The notes under the pieces are model-generated. The model was not told the origin of the DNA. It saw only the letters and a program-made list of their open reading frames with translations, and did no database searches. From Candidatus Dojkabacteria bacterium UBA4813 (GTDB taxonomy: Bacteria; Patescibacteriota; Dojkabacteria; SC72), in the NCBI GenBank assembly GCA_002402455.1, contig DHFX01000006.1:20408-84407 (forward strand): 64,000 nucleotides of DNA, written 5' to 3'. The number at the start of each line of letters is the position of its first letter. Positions within the stretch are counted from its first letter, which is position 1. The translations under genes and the position numbers were made by a program. Positions 9,570 to 18,889 of the stretch are shown here, in pieces.

Positions 9570-10212
9570 CTTTTATTTCTACTGATTCAAAATGTACAGG
9601 TATGGGGAAAAGAAAAGTTTTAAGGTTAAGAACATAATTGTTTTGTAGTAGCACTGGGACTTCTACTTCCTCATGTCCGGGTGCCAATACCTTTATCTCA
9701 TATTGTCCTTCTCTCAATCCGAGGTTTGTGATTGGGCTAACTTTTAAAAATTCTCCATCCAAGAAGATTCTTGAATTATCGACATTACTTATTACAGTCA
9801 GAAATCCTTCATCAGAGGTTGTCCTGATAGGGGTATAATAAAGAATAACACCATGCAAGAGATCCTCTGGACCCATTTCTAGATCTATTCTTGCTGAAGT
9901 GTTTCTTATCAGTTCTATTTGAAACGAATGCTTCTTGTAAAAAGCTTCCTCGTCAGCTATTTTCTGCAACTCTATTAGGTAAGATCCTTCTGGGAGGTCT
10001 TCAATACTTGCAGGAGTTTCCCCATAATCTTCTCCATTAATCCAGATCTTAGCAACTCCTGCTTTGGTGCTAATTTCTAAGGTTGTATTGTTGTAAAAAC
10101 GATTAACAAAAGGGAGTTTCCCTATTAGTTGATTAATTGGGATGAAGTAGAGTAAAACAGAGACAGCTAGTATTAAAAAAATCGTTATTAGGGCAATTTT
10201 ATTCTTTTTCAT
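9562..10212 (-). CDS. PEGA-domain membrane-anchored protein
   Basis: N-terminal signal anchor (IALITIFLILAVSVLLYF). Two PEGA-like beta-sandwich motifs (GETPASIEDLPEGSYLIEL and SPITNLGLREGQYEIKVLAPGHEE). Overlaps the downstream gene by 8 nt. Confidence 0.55.
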   Translation of the reverse strand: MKKNKIALITIFLILAVSVLLYFIPINQLIGKLPFVNRFYNNTTLEISTKAGVAKIWINGEDYGETPASIEDLPEGSYLIELQKIADEEAFYKKHSFQIELIRNTSARIDLEMGPEDLLHGVILYYTPIRTTSDEGFLTVISNVDNSRIFLDGEFLKVSPITNLGLREGQYEIKVLAPGHEEVEVPVLLQNNYVLNLKTFLFPIPVHFESVEIKDE

Positions 10213-10268
10213 AACTCTCTATTATATGTTCTAAACAGTTGAGCTTCCAGAACCTATAGTTTTTGTTC

Positions 10269-11477
10269 CTAGTAGGAATATTTAGATTCTGGGCTTTCTT
10301 TCTTCTCCTGCTCCTCCTTTTTTTTAGATGCTCTTATGTTTATGTAAACAATGAAAGCAATTCCTAGTGCGAAGGAGATTATGAGTGTAAAGTATCTGAG
10401 AGCACCTGTTGTTAAAATGGCAAACGATCCGAGGAAGAGAGTTGCAGACATTTCTATTAGGACAAGTTGTGATCTAGATACGTTTAAATTCATTAATTGG
10501 TGATGTAGATGATCCGGACCACTTATCTTCATTAACTCCCATATATTCTTAGGTTTGTGTGTTAAAAGCCTTTTTATTATTACATAAATAAAGTCTATTA
10601 AAGGTAACATTAGAAGCATCATGGTTGTTGAAATTTTTGCATCTGCCACGATAGCAAGAATACAGATAAGAAAACCGTAAACAGATTTTCCTGCAGAACC
10701 GGTCATTATCTTTTGAGGAGGAAAAGCAAATATTAAAAACGCAAGTAATCCCCCGGCAATTAAAATACTTACTGTAGAAGAGAAAGTAGACATATCTCTC
10801 ATAGCAATAATGAATATTAATGAAAAGATTACAAAGGAGTTAGCCTCAATTATCCCAGGAGAACCCGCTGTCCATTTTACTGCGTTTATACAAACAAGTA
10901 TCCAGAAGAAAAGAAAGATGTCTCCCGGTAGAGCAAGAGATTGTTCTATTCCAAAAATTGAGAAATTATATGTGAGCGAGCTTAGATCTAAATTAAGGAG
11001 AGGAATAGAGGAGATATTTAGTACTGAAAAAGCAATTATTCCTGCAGCAACAATCTGGTAGATAAGTTGAACCCTTGCAGGGAGGTTGAATATGTCATCT
11101 AAAGTGGCGCCCACCATAAGAACAAAAAGAGATATTACAATAGGTAGTGTAAAGCTATCCATTTTGAAAAATACCAGTATTGCAATAAATGCCGGTAATG
11201 TTATTGCTAATCCTCCTAAGGAAGGTGTTATGCCTTCATGAAGGGCTTTAAGAGGGTTGTCAAACTCTTTCTCTCCTCTCCCTTTTTGGGGAATATAGGT
11301 AATATTAAATTTTAAGGCAATGTGTCCGAGTATTGGCGTTAGGAAGAAAGATATAAGAAAACCTATCAGAAATATTGGCCAATATTCCACATACTTTTCA
11401 TATGCAGTATCCTGTATGAACTGAGGAACTCTGCTAAGTAATCCTGTCAGGAAAGCCGTTGTTGTAGATAAGTCCAT
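10269..11477 (-). CDS. polyprenyl-phosphate N-acetylhexosamine-1-phosphate transferase (GT4; MraY/WecA/TagO family)
   Basis: About ten TM helices, a DD-containing loop (GATLDDIFNLPARVQL) and a C-terminal HLHHQL motif typical of the PNPT superfamily. Sits with PEGA/LCP-type envelope genes, not a dcw cluster. Confidence 0.65.
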   Translation of the reverse strand: MDLSTTTAFLTGLLSRVPQFIQDTAYEKYVEYWPIFLIGFLISFFLTPILGHIALKFNITYIPQKGRGEKEFDNPLKALHEGITPSLGGLAITLPAFIAILVFFKMDSFTLPIVISLFVLMVGATLDDIFNLPARVQLIYQIVAAGIIAFSVLNISSIPLLNLDLSSLTYNFSIFGIEQSLALPGDIFLFFWILVCINAVKWTAGSPGIIEANSFVIFSLIFIIAMRDMSTFSSTVSILIAGGLLAFLIFAFPPQKIMTGSAGKSVYGFLICILAIVADAKISTTMMLLMLPLIDFIYVIIKRLLTHKPKNIWELMKISGPDHLHHQLMNLNVSRSQLVLIEMSATLFLGSFAILTTGALRYFTLIISFALGIAFIVYINIRASKKKEEQEKKESPESKYSY

Positions 11478-11478
11478 A

Positions 11479-11949
11479 TTAAAAAAGGTTTACTATGTCA
11501 ATTAAAATAAGACTCTGTGAGATGCTAGATAGCAAGGAGGAGAAAAGAAGAAGTCTGGTTAGTTTCTTTTCGTTATTATAATATCTGGAAGTAAAAAAGA
11601 GGGAGAGCAACAATGCTATTAGGGAAATCAAAGGAAATATAAATATATAATCTTTTTGTGTAAGTTTCGCTTCTGCGGATAAGAGATATCTAAATATTGG
11701 AACATACCTCGGCAGGTTCGAAAGATTTACAAAAATAAGGTAGATTTGTTGAGCTATCAAGACAAGGCCTATGGTAAGTGTTGCCCAAACAAGAGGATCC
11801 TTCAAGAACTTTCTAACTTCAAACCTCAATACCGCAAAGTCTACGGATCTCTTTATTTTGAAAAATCTGTTCTTAAAGGGTTCTTTTATGCCTAAGTTCA
11901 ATTGTTTAGACTCTTCTTGAGGTTCCTTCTTACTCTTTTCCCTTTTCAT
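11479..11949 (-). CDS. hypothetical polytopic membrane protein
   Basis: Basic N-terminus followed by three hydrophobic helices. No recognisable motif. Confidence 0.35.
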   Translation of the reverse strand: MKREKSKKEPQEESKQLNLGIKEPFKNRFFKIKRSVDFAVLRFEVRKFLKDPLVWATLTIGLVLIAQQIYLIFVNLSNLPRYVPIFRYLLSAEAKLTQKDYIFIFPLISLIALLLSLFFTSRYYNNEKKLTRLLLFSSLLSSISQSLILIDIVNLF

Positions 11950-11968
11950 TCTTTCATTATATCAAAAC

Positions 11969-12709
11969 CTACACCACATTATTGAAAAGGTATAGATATT
12001 GCTCTAGAGAGAGGTGCTGAGGTCTTTTTTGTAGAAGTGGTAAAATCTCTTCGTTGGTAAAAAGATAACTTTTCGCAAAATTATTCTTCAGTGTCTTCTT
12101 GGGTTGTCTAAAGGCGGTATGTAAGAATTTTTCGAAATCTTCTGCATTTTTTAACAGAACAGTTTTAGGTGTAAATTGTATAAATGTACTCTCTACGTTG
12201 GGTCTTGGCTTAAAAGACTCGGGAGAAATATTGAAAAGTTTGTTTGTGTCTGCATATAAAGCAGTGCTTAGAGAAAGGAAATTATTATTGGGCTCCTTAC
12301 TACAGTATTTCTCTGCCACTTCCTTTTGAATTATAAGAAAACTTGAAGAATTGAAGAACTCCGAAGTTATTATCTTTTTAATAATCTTTTTACTTACATT
12401 GTATGGTAGAGATCCAAAGAAGGTAATTTTTTTCTTCTTAAAAGATTCTAAACCATGAAAATCCCAATCTAAGAAGTCTATATTTTTAATAGTTACGGAA
12501 GGGTAGAGATTTTTAAGCTTCAAAGAGAGATCGTTGTCTTTTTCAATGGCAAGAATTTCAATATTTTTTTCTGTAAAGAATTGGGTAAATGCCCCTAACC
12601 CTGGGCCTATTTCTACTATTAAACTGGGATCTTCCTTTAATACTATCTCTGCTATCTGCTTGGAGAGATTTTTGTTAACGAAAAAATTTTGTCCTAGTGA
12701 TTTTTTCAT
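11969..12709 (-). CDS. rsmA: 16S rRNA (adenine1518/1519-N6)-dimethyltransferase
   Basis: N-terminal LGQNFF hallmark and SAM-binding motif VEIGPGLGAFT. Confidence 0.85.
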   Translation of the reverse strand: MKKSLGQNFFVNKNLSKQIAEIVLKEDPSLIVEIGPGLGAFTQFFTEKNIEILAIEKDNDLSLKLKNLYPSVTIKNIDFLDWDFHGLESFKKKKITFFGSLPYNVSKKIIKKIITSEFFNSSSFLIIQKEVAEKYCSKEPNNNFLSLSTALYADTNKLFNISPESFKPRPNVESTFIQFTPKTVLLKNAEDFEKFLHTAFRQPKKTLKNNFAKSYLFTNEEILPLLQKRPQHLSLEQYLYLFNNVV

Positions 12710-13647
12710 TACTCTATCCTGAAATCCCAGATATCATCTTTTTTAAAGAATTTTAGATTGCATTTCTTACATTCTGCATAACCTTCTTTTTCAAAAGAGA
12801 GTTCTCCTTTACAGGAAGGACAGGCAAGAATATCCTTTAAATCAGAGCTTTGTTCTGTTTCCTCTCTTATTTCTTTTTTCTGCAGGGTTGTTTCAAAAAA
12901 GATACTTGGAGGGATATTGGTCCAAGAAAGTGTCTTTTGAAGTATTTTCTCAATAAAAACCATAAGATCAGTTCCTAAAAATTTCTTAATGGTTTGAGAT
13001 CTTAAAAAAGAACAACCAAATTTTCGCTCAATAACAAACGAATTCTTCTCTAATAAGGATTTTATATAAGATGGGTGGTAATTAAAGAATATTCCACCTT
13101 CTTCTTTCTTAGAACCTTCCAAATTCTTTCCAATTGGTTGCTTGTACGGTTCTTCTGAAAAGAATTCAAAATCTTTTCTAAATAAAGCTTCTATCTTGGC
13201 TTTAATGTGCACTTTATTAGGGAACTCTTGAACATATTTAGCATCTTTTTTAAAAACTCTTTTTGCTTCTTTGAAATATTCTTCGGGTTTTTCTATATGG
13301 TGTAGAACTCTGACCATTAATCCTCCCTCGAAGGAACTTTCTTTAAAGGGCATTCTGTAAGCATTTGCTGCTATCAAGGTTACTTTAGGATATCTGTTTT
13401 TAATAATCTCTTTGTTTTTAATCAGGGTGTTAAGAGAATAATCTAGAATGACAGGGTTTTTGTAAGAGTTGTAATAGGTGGAAGTAATTCTCCCATATGA
13501 CCCTCCCACGTCTAGAAACCAATTTCCCTTGTCATTTTCAAAGAGCTTGTTTAGAAGGTTTTTTTCTGCAAGGTTTTCATAAAGCCTCTCTTGCCAGTAT
13601 CGGGAGTAGTCGTAGTTTAATTTGTCATAATCAGATATATCAGGCAC
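12709..13647 (-). CDS. class I SAM-dependent methyltransferase fused to a C-terminal Trm112-like zinc ribbon
   Basis: Motif I (WFLDVGGSYGRIT). The C-terminus carries CPSCKGEL...CKKCNLKF, which matches the Trm112/YcaR-type ribbon pattern. Confidence 0.55.
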   Translation of the reverse strand: MPDISDYDKLNYDYSRYWQERLYENLAEKNLLNKLFENDKGNWFLDVGGSYGRITSTYYNSYKNPVILDYSLNTLIKNKEIIKNRYPKVTLIAANAYRMPFKESSFEGGLMVRVLHHIEKPEEYFKEAKRVFKKDAKYVQEFPNKVHIKAKIEALFRKDFEFFSEEPYKQPIGKNLEGSKKEEGGIFFNYHPSYIKSLLEKNSFVIERKFGCSFLRSQTIKKFLGTDLMVFIEKILQKTLSWTNIPPSIFFETTLQKKEIREETEQSSDLKDILACPSCKGELSFEKEGYAECKKCNLKFFKKDDIWDFRIE

Positions 13648-13648
13648 C

Positions 13649-15370
13649 TTAATTCTCTTGTAAAAGTTTATTTATTTTCGCAAGTTTCTTTAAATACTCT
13701 TCTGCATTTTTAGTATCTCTTTTTTCTTCTGCAATGGCGATCTTTTGGCTAAGTATTTTTTGTTGCTCTTTTAAGTATAGGGACTGGAGCCTCTTTGAGA
13801 GTTTCTCTAATTCTTCTTTTATCTCTTCTTCCTGTTTTGGAATAGTTGTTAAGTCAAAGATAATATCCTCAAAAGTTTCGGTGATTTCGGTTGTTTCGTG
13901 CAATATGGAATACAATTCCTCTTTCCCTTTTCTGTAGTTTTTAAGGATTTCTAGATAAAGTTGTTGGAGAGTAGTGGGTAGTATATACTTTTTGTCAACA
14001 AGAAATTTCTTGTCGATTTGATCCTGCAGGAGAAGTAATCGTAAGTACTCCCTATAGACTTCATTATAGGCCATGTTCACGTGGACTTTTTGGATATGCC
14101 CTTTTTTGCCTTTCTTATAGGGTTTTTCGCCATCTGTTTCAAAAAGGGCGAGTTTACTTAGTTTTATACTCTTCGATTTGTAAAGGTTTAACAAGGTTTT
14201 GTCGCGCACTGGAAAAATTAGAGAGCCTATAAAATTTTTTACTTCCTGAACGTCCTCAAGCCTATTAAGGTTCTTATTCTCCAAATAAGTGGATAGTATA
14301 AAGGAAAATGCCTCTATTTTGTTAGTTATATGCTTTCTCATAAGCTTTTCTTCCTTTTGAAGAAGTTCGTCAATATCTTTATATGGCTCAGGGCTTGCTG
14401 CATAGGGAACAAGGCCGAGTTGCGAAGCAATCTTAAAACCTCTTATTAGTGCATTTCGACCAGCTTCGTCACTGTCAAAGAAAAACAGTATATTCTTTGT
14501 TGTTTTTGAAAGTTTTTCCAGTTGTTCCTTTGTTAATCCCGTCCCTAGGGGAGCTACGATATTTTTAATTCCATGTTGATGCGCACTTATTACATCAGTA
14601 GAGCCTTCACATATTATTGCAAGGTCTTTTTTCCTTATTTCTTGGCGAGATTCATATTGTCCGAAGAGGTTTTCTCTTTTATGGTAGATTGGTGTATCTG
14701 GAGTGTTCATATATTTAGGTCCCCAGTCGTTTCCGGGAAGAACCCTTCCTGTGAAGCCAATAACCTTCCCTCTGGTCGATCTAATTGGGAACATGATTCG
14801 ATCATAGAACTTCTCTTTTATTCCCTTGTCTTTAAGTGTAAAGAGGCCGGAATCTAATAACTGTCTTTGAGAATAATCTTTGGTTCTAAGTAAATATTTT
14901 TTAAGTTCTGGTTTTTTAGGTGCATACCCTATTCCGAAGTTTTTAATAGATTCCTTATTAAAACCCCTTCCTTTAAGGTAATCCATTGCCTTCTTGCTTT
15001 CTTTTAACTGATTGTAGTAGTAACGAGTAGCTTTGTAATTGATTTCTTCCAATACTTTATATTTTGAAAATCCTTCCTGTTTTTTAAGTTCTACTCCGGC
15101 TTCTTTAGCTAACTTTTCCAGAGCTTCAGGAAAATCTATATTTTCTATTTTTTGTAGAAAATTAAATATATCTCCGGATTCTAAGCAACCGAAGCATTTA
15201 TATCTTTGGATATCAGGGCTTACAACAAAAGAAGGAGTTTTTTCGTTATGAAAGGGACAAAGACCAACATAATTCTTTCCTGCTTGTTTTAATTTGACAT
15301 ATTTGCTAACTACATTAACAATGTCTAGCCTATTTTTTATCTCTTCAATTTGATTGTCAGAAGAAGTCAT
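13649..15370 (-). CDS. dnaG: DNA primase
   Basis: CHC2 zinc finger (CPFHNEKTPSF...CFGC), TOPRIM (ICEGSTDV, FFFDSDEAGRNA). Start placed at internal Met 39 (cat at 15368-15370), which removes a 76-nt overlap with the upstream gene. The track ORF extends to 15484 with an Arg-rich N-terminal extension. Confidence 0.8.
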   Translation of the reverse strand: MTSSDNQIEEIKNRLDIVNVVSKYVKLKQAGKNYVGLCPFHNEKTPSFVVSPDIQRYKCFGCLESGDIFNFLQKIENIDFPEALEKLAKEAGVELKKQEGFSKYKVLEEINYKATRYYYNQLKESKKAMDYLKGRGFNKESIKNFGIGYAPKKPELKKYLLRTKDYSQRQLLDSGLFTLKDKGIKEKFYDRIMFPIRSTRGKVIGFTGRVLPGNDWGPKYMNTPDTPIYHKRENLFGQYESRQEIRKKDLAIICEGSTDVISAHQHGIKNIVAPLGTGLTKEQLEKLSKTTKNILFFFDSDEAGRNALIRGFKIASQLGLVPYAASPEPYKDIDELLQKEEKLMRKHITNKIEAFSFILSTYLENKNLNRLEDVQEVKNFIGSLIFPVRDKTLLNLYKSKSIKLSKLALFETDGEKPYKKGKKGHIQKVHVNMAYNEVYREYLRLLLLQDQIDKKFLVDKKYILPTTLQQLYLEILKNYRKGKEELYSILHETTEITETFEDIIFDLTTIPKQEEEIKEELEKLSKRLQSLYLKEQQKILSQKIAIAEEKRDTKNAEEYLKKLAKINKLLQEN

Positions 15371-15408
15371 AGATGCCAGTATTATACCATTTTGGGGAAA
15401 TTGAGGTT

Positions 15409-16356
15409 TTATTGACAGAGAAGTTGTCCTTCTTCTATTTTGCAGGTTAGTTCTGCGACCCCAGTTGTCTGGTTTGTTTGCCATTCTATGGGAGCGTTGT
15501 TGAAGTAGATTCTTGTGTTTTTTATTCTCCCGGTAATGATGTAGAGATTCTCTTTAATGGCGAATTCTTCTTCCATAGGTTCTAGTACTTGTGAAATTTT
15601 ATTCTCCCCATCTATATCCAATCTTACCCATGCGGGGGAGTCAAAGACTTCTAGCTTGATAATATTTTCTTTCACTTCTTTGTTTTGTTCTTCCTCTTCT
15701 AATTGTGTCTTCGCAGAATATGTTATGTTAAGGGTTTCAATTTTCTCCAAAGCGTTGTTTTTTCTCGCTTTAATGGTTATCGTGTTAAGTCCTTCTTTTA
15801 GAGTGATTTTGTAACTAAATTCTCCCTTTTCATTTGTTTCTACAGTTGTTCCATTTATTTCGATAATACTCTCTAGGTCGGTTTTTCCATTTACCGTAAT
15901 ATCTTCGGTTTGTACTTTGCTATCTGGAATGGGGCTCGATATTTCTAATGATGGTGGTCTCTGGAATTTGTATATTTGAGAGCCTATATAAGCAAAGATT
16001 CCCAGAAGAAATATTGTGAGTAGGATTGTTATTATTAATTTCGGTTCAACGGTTATTTTCTGTTTTAATTTCTTAGAAGATATCGGTTCTACGTTCTTGT
16101 TAGAGATATCTCTTGGAGTTTTATTAGGGTTACTTCTTCTGTATAGGGCGAGTACTTTGCTTGTGTCTAACTCTAGGTATTTTGCGTATATCTTAATAAA
16201 GCCGGTTAGAAAGACCTCTGAATCGAAATATTCAAATTGATTATTTTCGATATATTTAAGAAACCGCTTCTGGACTTTAGTGTCAGCGGAAACTTTTTCT
16301 AGTGTTTTTCCAAGTAACTCTCTCTTATTTTTTAAGACTTCTCCTGCGGTAATCAT
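15409..16356 (-). CDS. RodZ-like cytoskeletal membrane protein (N-terminal HTH, single TM, C-terminal beta domain)
   Basis: N-terminal XRE-type HTH (GEVLKNKRELLGKTLEKVSADTKVQKRFLKYIEN). TM segment (LIITILLTIFLLGIFAYIG). Extracytoplasmic C-terminal domain. Confidence 0.5.
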   Translation of the reverse strand: MITAGEVLKNKRELLGKTLEKVSADTKVQKRFLKYIENNQFEYFDSEVFLTGFIKIYAKYLELDTSKVLALYRRSNPNKTPRDISNKNVEPISSKKLKQKITVEPKLIITILLTIFLLGIFAYIGSQIYKFQRPPSLEISSPIPDSKVQTEDITVNGKTDLESIIEINGTTVETNEKGEFSYKITLKEGLNTITIKARKNNALEKIETLNITYSAKTQLEEEEQNKEVKENIIKLEVFDSPAWVRLDIDGENKISQVLEPMEEEFAIKENLYIITGRIKNTRIYFNNAPIEWQTNQTTGVAELTCKIEEGQLLCQ

Positions 16357-16365
16357 CTCCCTATT

Positions 16366-18618
16366 CTACTCCTCTATGGTTTCAGAGTCATCCTTTTTGA
16401 GTTTGTCGGAGATTTGATCTGGCGATGTAATGAGGACTTTTCTGGGTTTGGAACCGTCTTGAGGACCTATTGCTCCTGCTTGTTGTAACTGGTCAATGAG
16501 ACGGGCAGCCTTGTTGTAGCCTATGCGCATCTTTCTTTGAAGGAATGAAGCCGATGCTTTTTGACTTGAGATTACGACTGCTAGAGCTTTTTCAAATTCA
16601 GGATCTCTCTCTTTTAGACTTCCTTTTATATCTTCCTGTGGACCTTTTTCAATTGCTTCTGCTAGATCATTGGAATAGGAAGGCTCCTCTTCTGTCAATT
16701 GGTCCTTTATGGAGGCTATTATTGCCTCGGAGTCCTCTGTAGTGGTGTTAGTACCCTGTATTCTTAGTGCTTTTGGTGTGGTCTGGTCTTTATACAGCAT
16801 ATCTCCATTTCCCAAGAGAGTTTCTGCCCCAGATTCATCTAAGATGACTCTGGAGTCCATATTTGTAGCTACTGCAAATGCCATTCTTCCCGGGATGTTG
16901 GATTTAATGAGACCCGTAATAACATTCACAGTAGGCTTTTGCGTAGCAAGGATTAAGTGTATTCCTACAGCTCTTCCCATCTGTGCCAGTCTTTGAATTT
17001 TGGTTTCTACATCTGCTCCTGAGGTTAGCATTAAGTCAGCCATCTCGTCTATCACTACTATTATATACGGCATCGCAAGATAACCAACTTTATTGTTATA
17101 TTCTGTGAGCTTTTTAACACGAAGTTGCTTGAGCTGTCTGTATCTTCGCATCATTTCATCAATTGTCCATTGTAGGGCATTTACTACTGCTTCAGGGTCT
17201 GTTATTACCGGATTGAGAAGATGTGGAATTCCATTATATATTGCCATCTCTACTCCCATCTTGGGGTCTATCATGATGAATTTAACCTCATCTGGGGTTT
17301 TTGTCATAAGAAGCCCTGCTAGAAGGGAATTTATAGCAACAGACTTTCCTGTTCCGGTAGCTCCTGCTACTAGTAGATGTGGAATTTTTGCCAAGTCTTT
17401 AATTTGTGTTTTTGCCGTAATGTCTTTTCCTAGTATTAAAGGTAGCTCATATTTATCTTGCTCCTTCCTGAGTCTTTTTATCATTTCTCTGGCATATACA
17501 TAATTAGGAGTTGGGTTCGGTATTTCAATCCCCACGTAAGAAGTTCCAGGGATGGGAGCTTCGATCCTTACGGAGGAGCTTTGTGAAGCTAATGCTAGGG
17601 CGAGGTCATTGCTAAGGTTTTTAATTCTAGATACTTTTACTCCAACACTTATACCTAGGGAAAATCTTAGTACCGTTGGTCCGATCGCAACTGCAACGAC
17701 CTTGGCGTCTATTCCAAAGTTTTTGAGAGTTGCCTCTATTACTTTTGCTTTCTCCTTGTAAACTTCTTTATCTTGTTCTTTTATTTCTGGTTTTTGTAGA
17801 ATTTCTACATCGGGAAATTGCCAATTTGTAAATTTCGGTCTCTCTGGTTCTCTATCTTGTATATCTTTAGTAACGGGAACTTGCTTTACAAGCCCTTCTT
17901 TTGTTCTTGTCTCTTCTTCTATTTGTCTCTCTTCCTCAGCTTCGTCTTCTGCAAGTATTTTGTCCAGCCTCCGTTGAACCTCCTCTTCACTTTCTATTTT
18001 AATGTTATCTCTTCCCTCTTCTTCGTTTTCTATCTTCACATCATCAGGTAATTTAGGAGAGCTAAGCTTCTTGAGAAAGCCTTTTATTCCTGTGCCTTCT
18101 TTTTCTTTCTCCTCCGGAACGGAATTTTCTAGAAATTCGAAAATTTGCTGCAGTGGAGTTGCTGTTATTAGTGAGAAGGAAACCATGAGAATAATCAAGA
18201 TTATTATTATCTCTATGAAGCTCCCGACAAAACCGTTTAAAGAAATATGGAGAATTTTCCCAATCTGTCCTCCTGCTACTTTCAACGCTTCTTCATCTTG
18301 AAGTTGCTCTTCTATTAACCAGAAGGAAAGAAGAATGTTTAAACAGATAGAAAAAAATAACAATCCGACAGATTGTTTGGCTGAAAAGAATTTTCTTTTT
18401 TTAGTTAGTAGTGCTAGGGAGAGGTATATTATTAACGCACCCCAAGCGAAAGAGGCATATCCTAGTGCTAGGGTTATCTGGTCAAATAGTGGGGAGTGAT
18501 CTTGCATAAATGGGGAAACTAGCACTATTAGACCGAATATAAATAGTATTAAACCAAACAAAACTTTTGTTTCGGTACTCTCTATAGTTATTTCTTTTTT
18601 CTTCTTTTTCCTGGGCAT
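16366..18618 (-). CDS. ftsK: DNA translocase FtsK/SpoIIIE
   Basis: Four N-terminal TM helices. Walker A GATGTGKSVAINS and Walker B IVVIDEMADL. C-terminal gamma winged-helix domain (ASASFLQRKMRIGYNKAARLIDQL). Confidence 0.9.
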   Translation of the reverse strand: MPRKKKKKEITIESTETKVLFGLILFIFGLIVLVSPFMQDHSPLFDQITLALGYASFAWGALIIYLSLALLTKKRKFFSAKQSVGLLFFSICLNILLSFWLIEEQLQDEEALKVAGGQIGKILHISLNGFVGSFIEIIIILIILMVSFSLITATPLQQIFEFLENSVPEEKEKEGTGIKGFLKKLSSPKLPDDVKIENEEEGRDNIKIESEEEVQRRLDKILAEDEAEEERQIEEETRTKEGLVKQVPVTKDIQDREPERPKFTNWQFPDVEILQKPEIKEQDKEVYKEKAKVIEATLKNFGIDAKVVAVAIGPTVLRFSLGISVGVKVSRIKNLSNDLALALASQSSSVRIEAPIPGTSYVGIEIPNPTPNYVYAREMIKRLRKEQDKYELPLILGKDITAKTQIKDLAKIPHLLVAGATGTGKSVAINSLLAGLLMTKTPDEVKFIMIDPKMGVEMAIYNGIPHLLNPVITDPEAVVNALQWTIDEMMRRYRQLKQLRVKKLTEYNNKVGYLAMPYIIVVIDEMADLMLTSGADVETKIQRLAQMGRAVGIHLILATQKPTVNVITGLIKSNIPGRMAFAVATNMDSRVILDESGAETLLGNGDMLYKDQTTPKALRIQGTNTTTEDSEAIIASIKDQLTEEEPSYSNDLAEAIEKGPQEDIKGSLKERDPEFEKALAVVISSQKASASFLQRKMRIGYNKAARLIDQLQQAGAIGPQDGSKPRKVLITSPDQISDKLKKDDSETIEE

Positions 18619-18745
18619 GTTATGGTATATAATACGATATTAAAGGTGTTTTTACAAAATCGACCCTAAAGTATATAATAAATTTGTCAAAAAGGAACGA
18701 AAAGAGAGATATTTAATGTAAAGCTCTGAAGTGCAACGAAAAGCT

Positions 18746-18774
18746 TTGACTATTACATATAAATATGATAACAT
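18746..18774 (+). promoter_or_regulatory. candidate rpoB promoter (TTGACT-N17-TAACAT) with a ~110-nt leader
   Basis: ttgact at 18746-18751 and taacat at 18769-18774 inside the 271-nt ftsK/rpoB divergent intergenic region. The -10 is weak. Confidence 0.2.
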
Positions 18775-18889
18775 CCTTCGAGTCGAGTCTTTAATTTCGC
18801 CTTTAAGGGCGGTGTAGCTTGATTTCTGGATCAGGCGTTTATACTGCCCGTATTTGTAATACCTTATAATATTACTAACAATATATCCT

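Noticed and set aside
18830-18880. Similarity of gcttgatttctggatcaggcg to the tmRNA 5' acceptor/tRNA-like start (GCUGAUUCUGGAUUCGACG)
   Set aside because: The intergenic space is too short for a ~350-nt tmRNA. No T-arm (GGTTCGAATCC-like) or CCA-proximal partner was found, and a cloverleaf could not be built.
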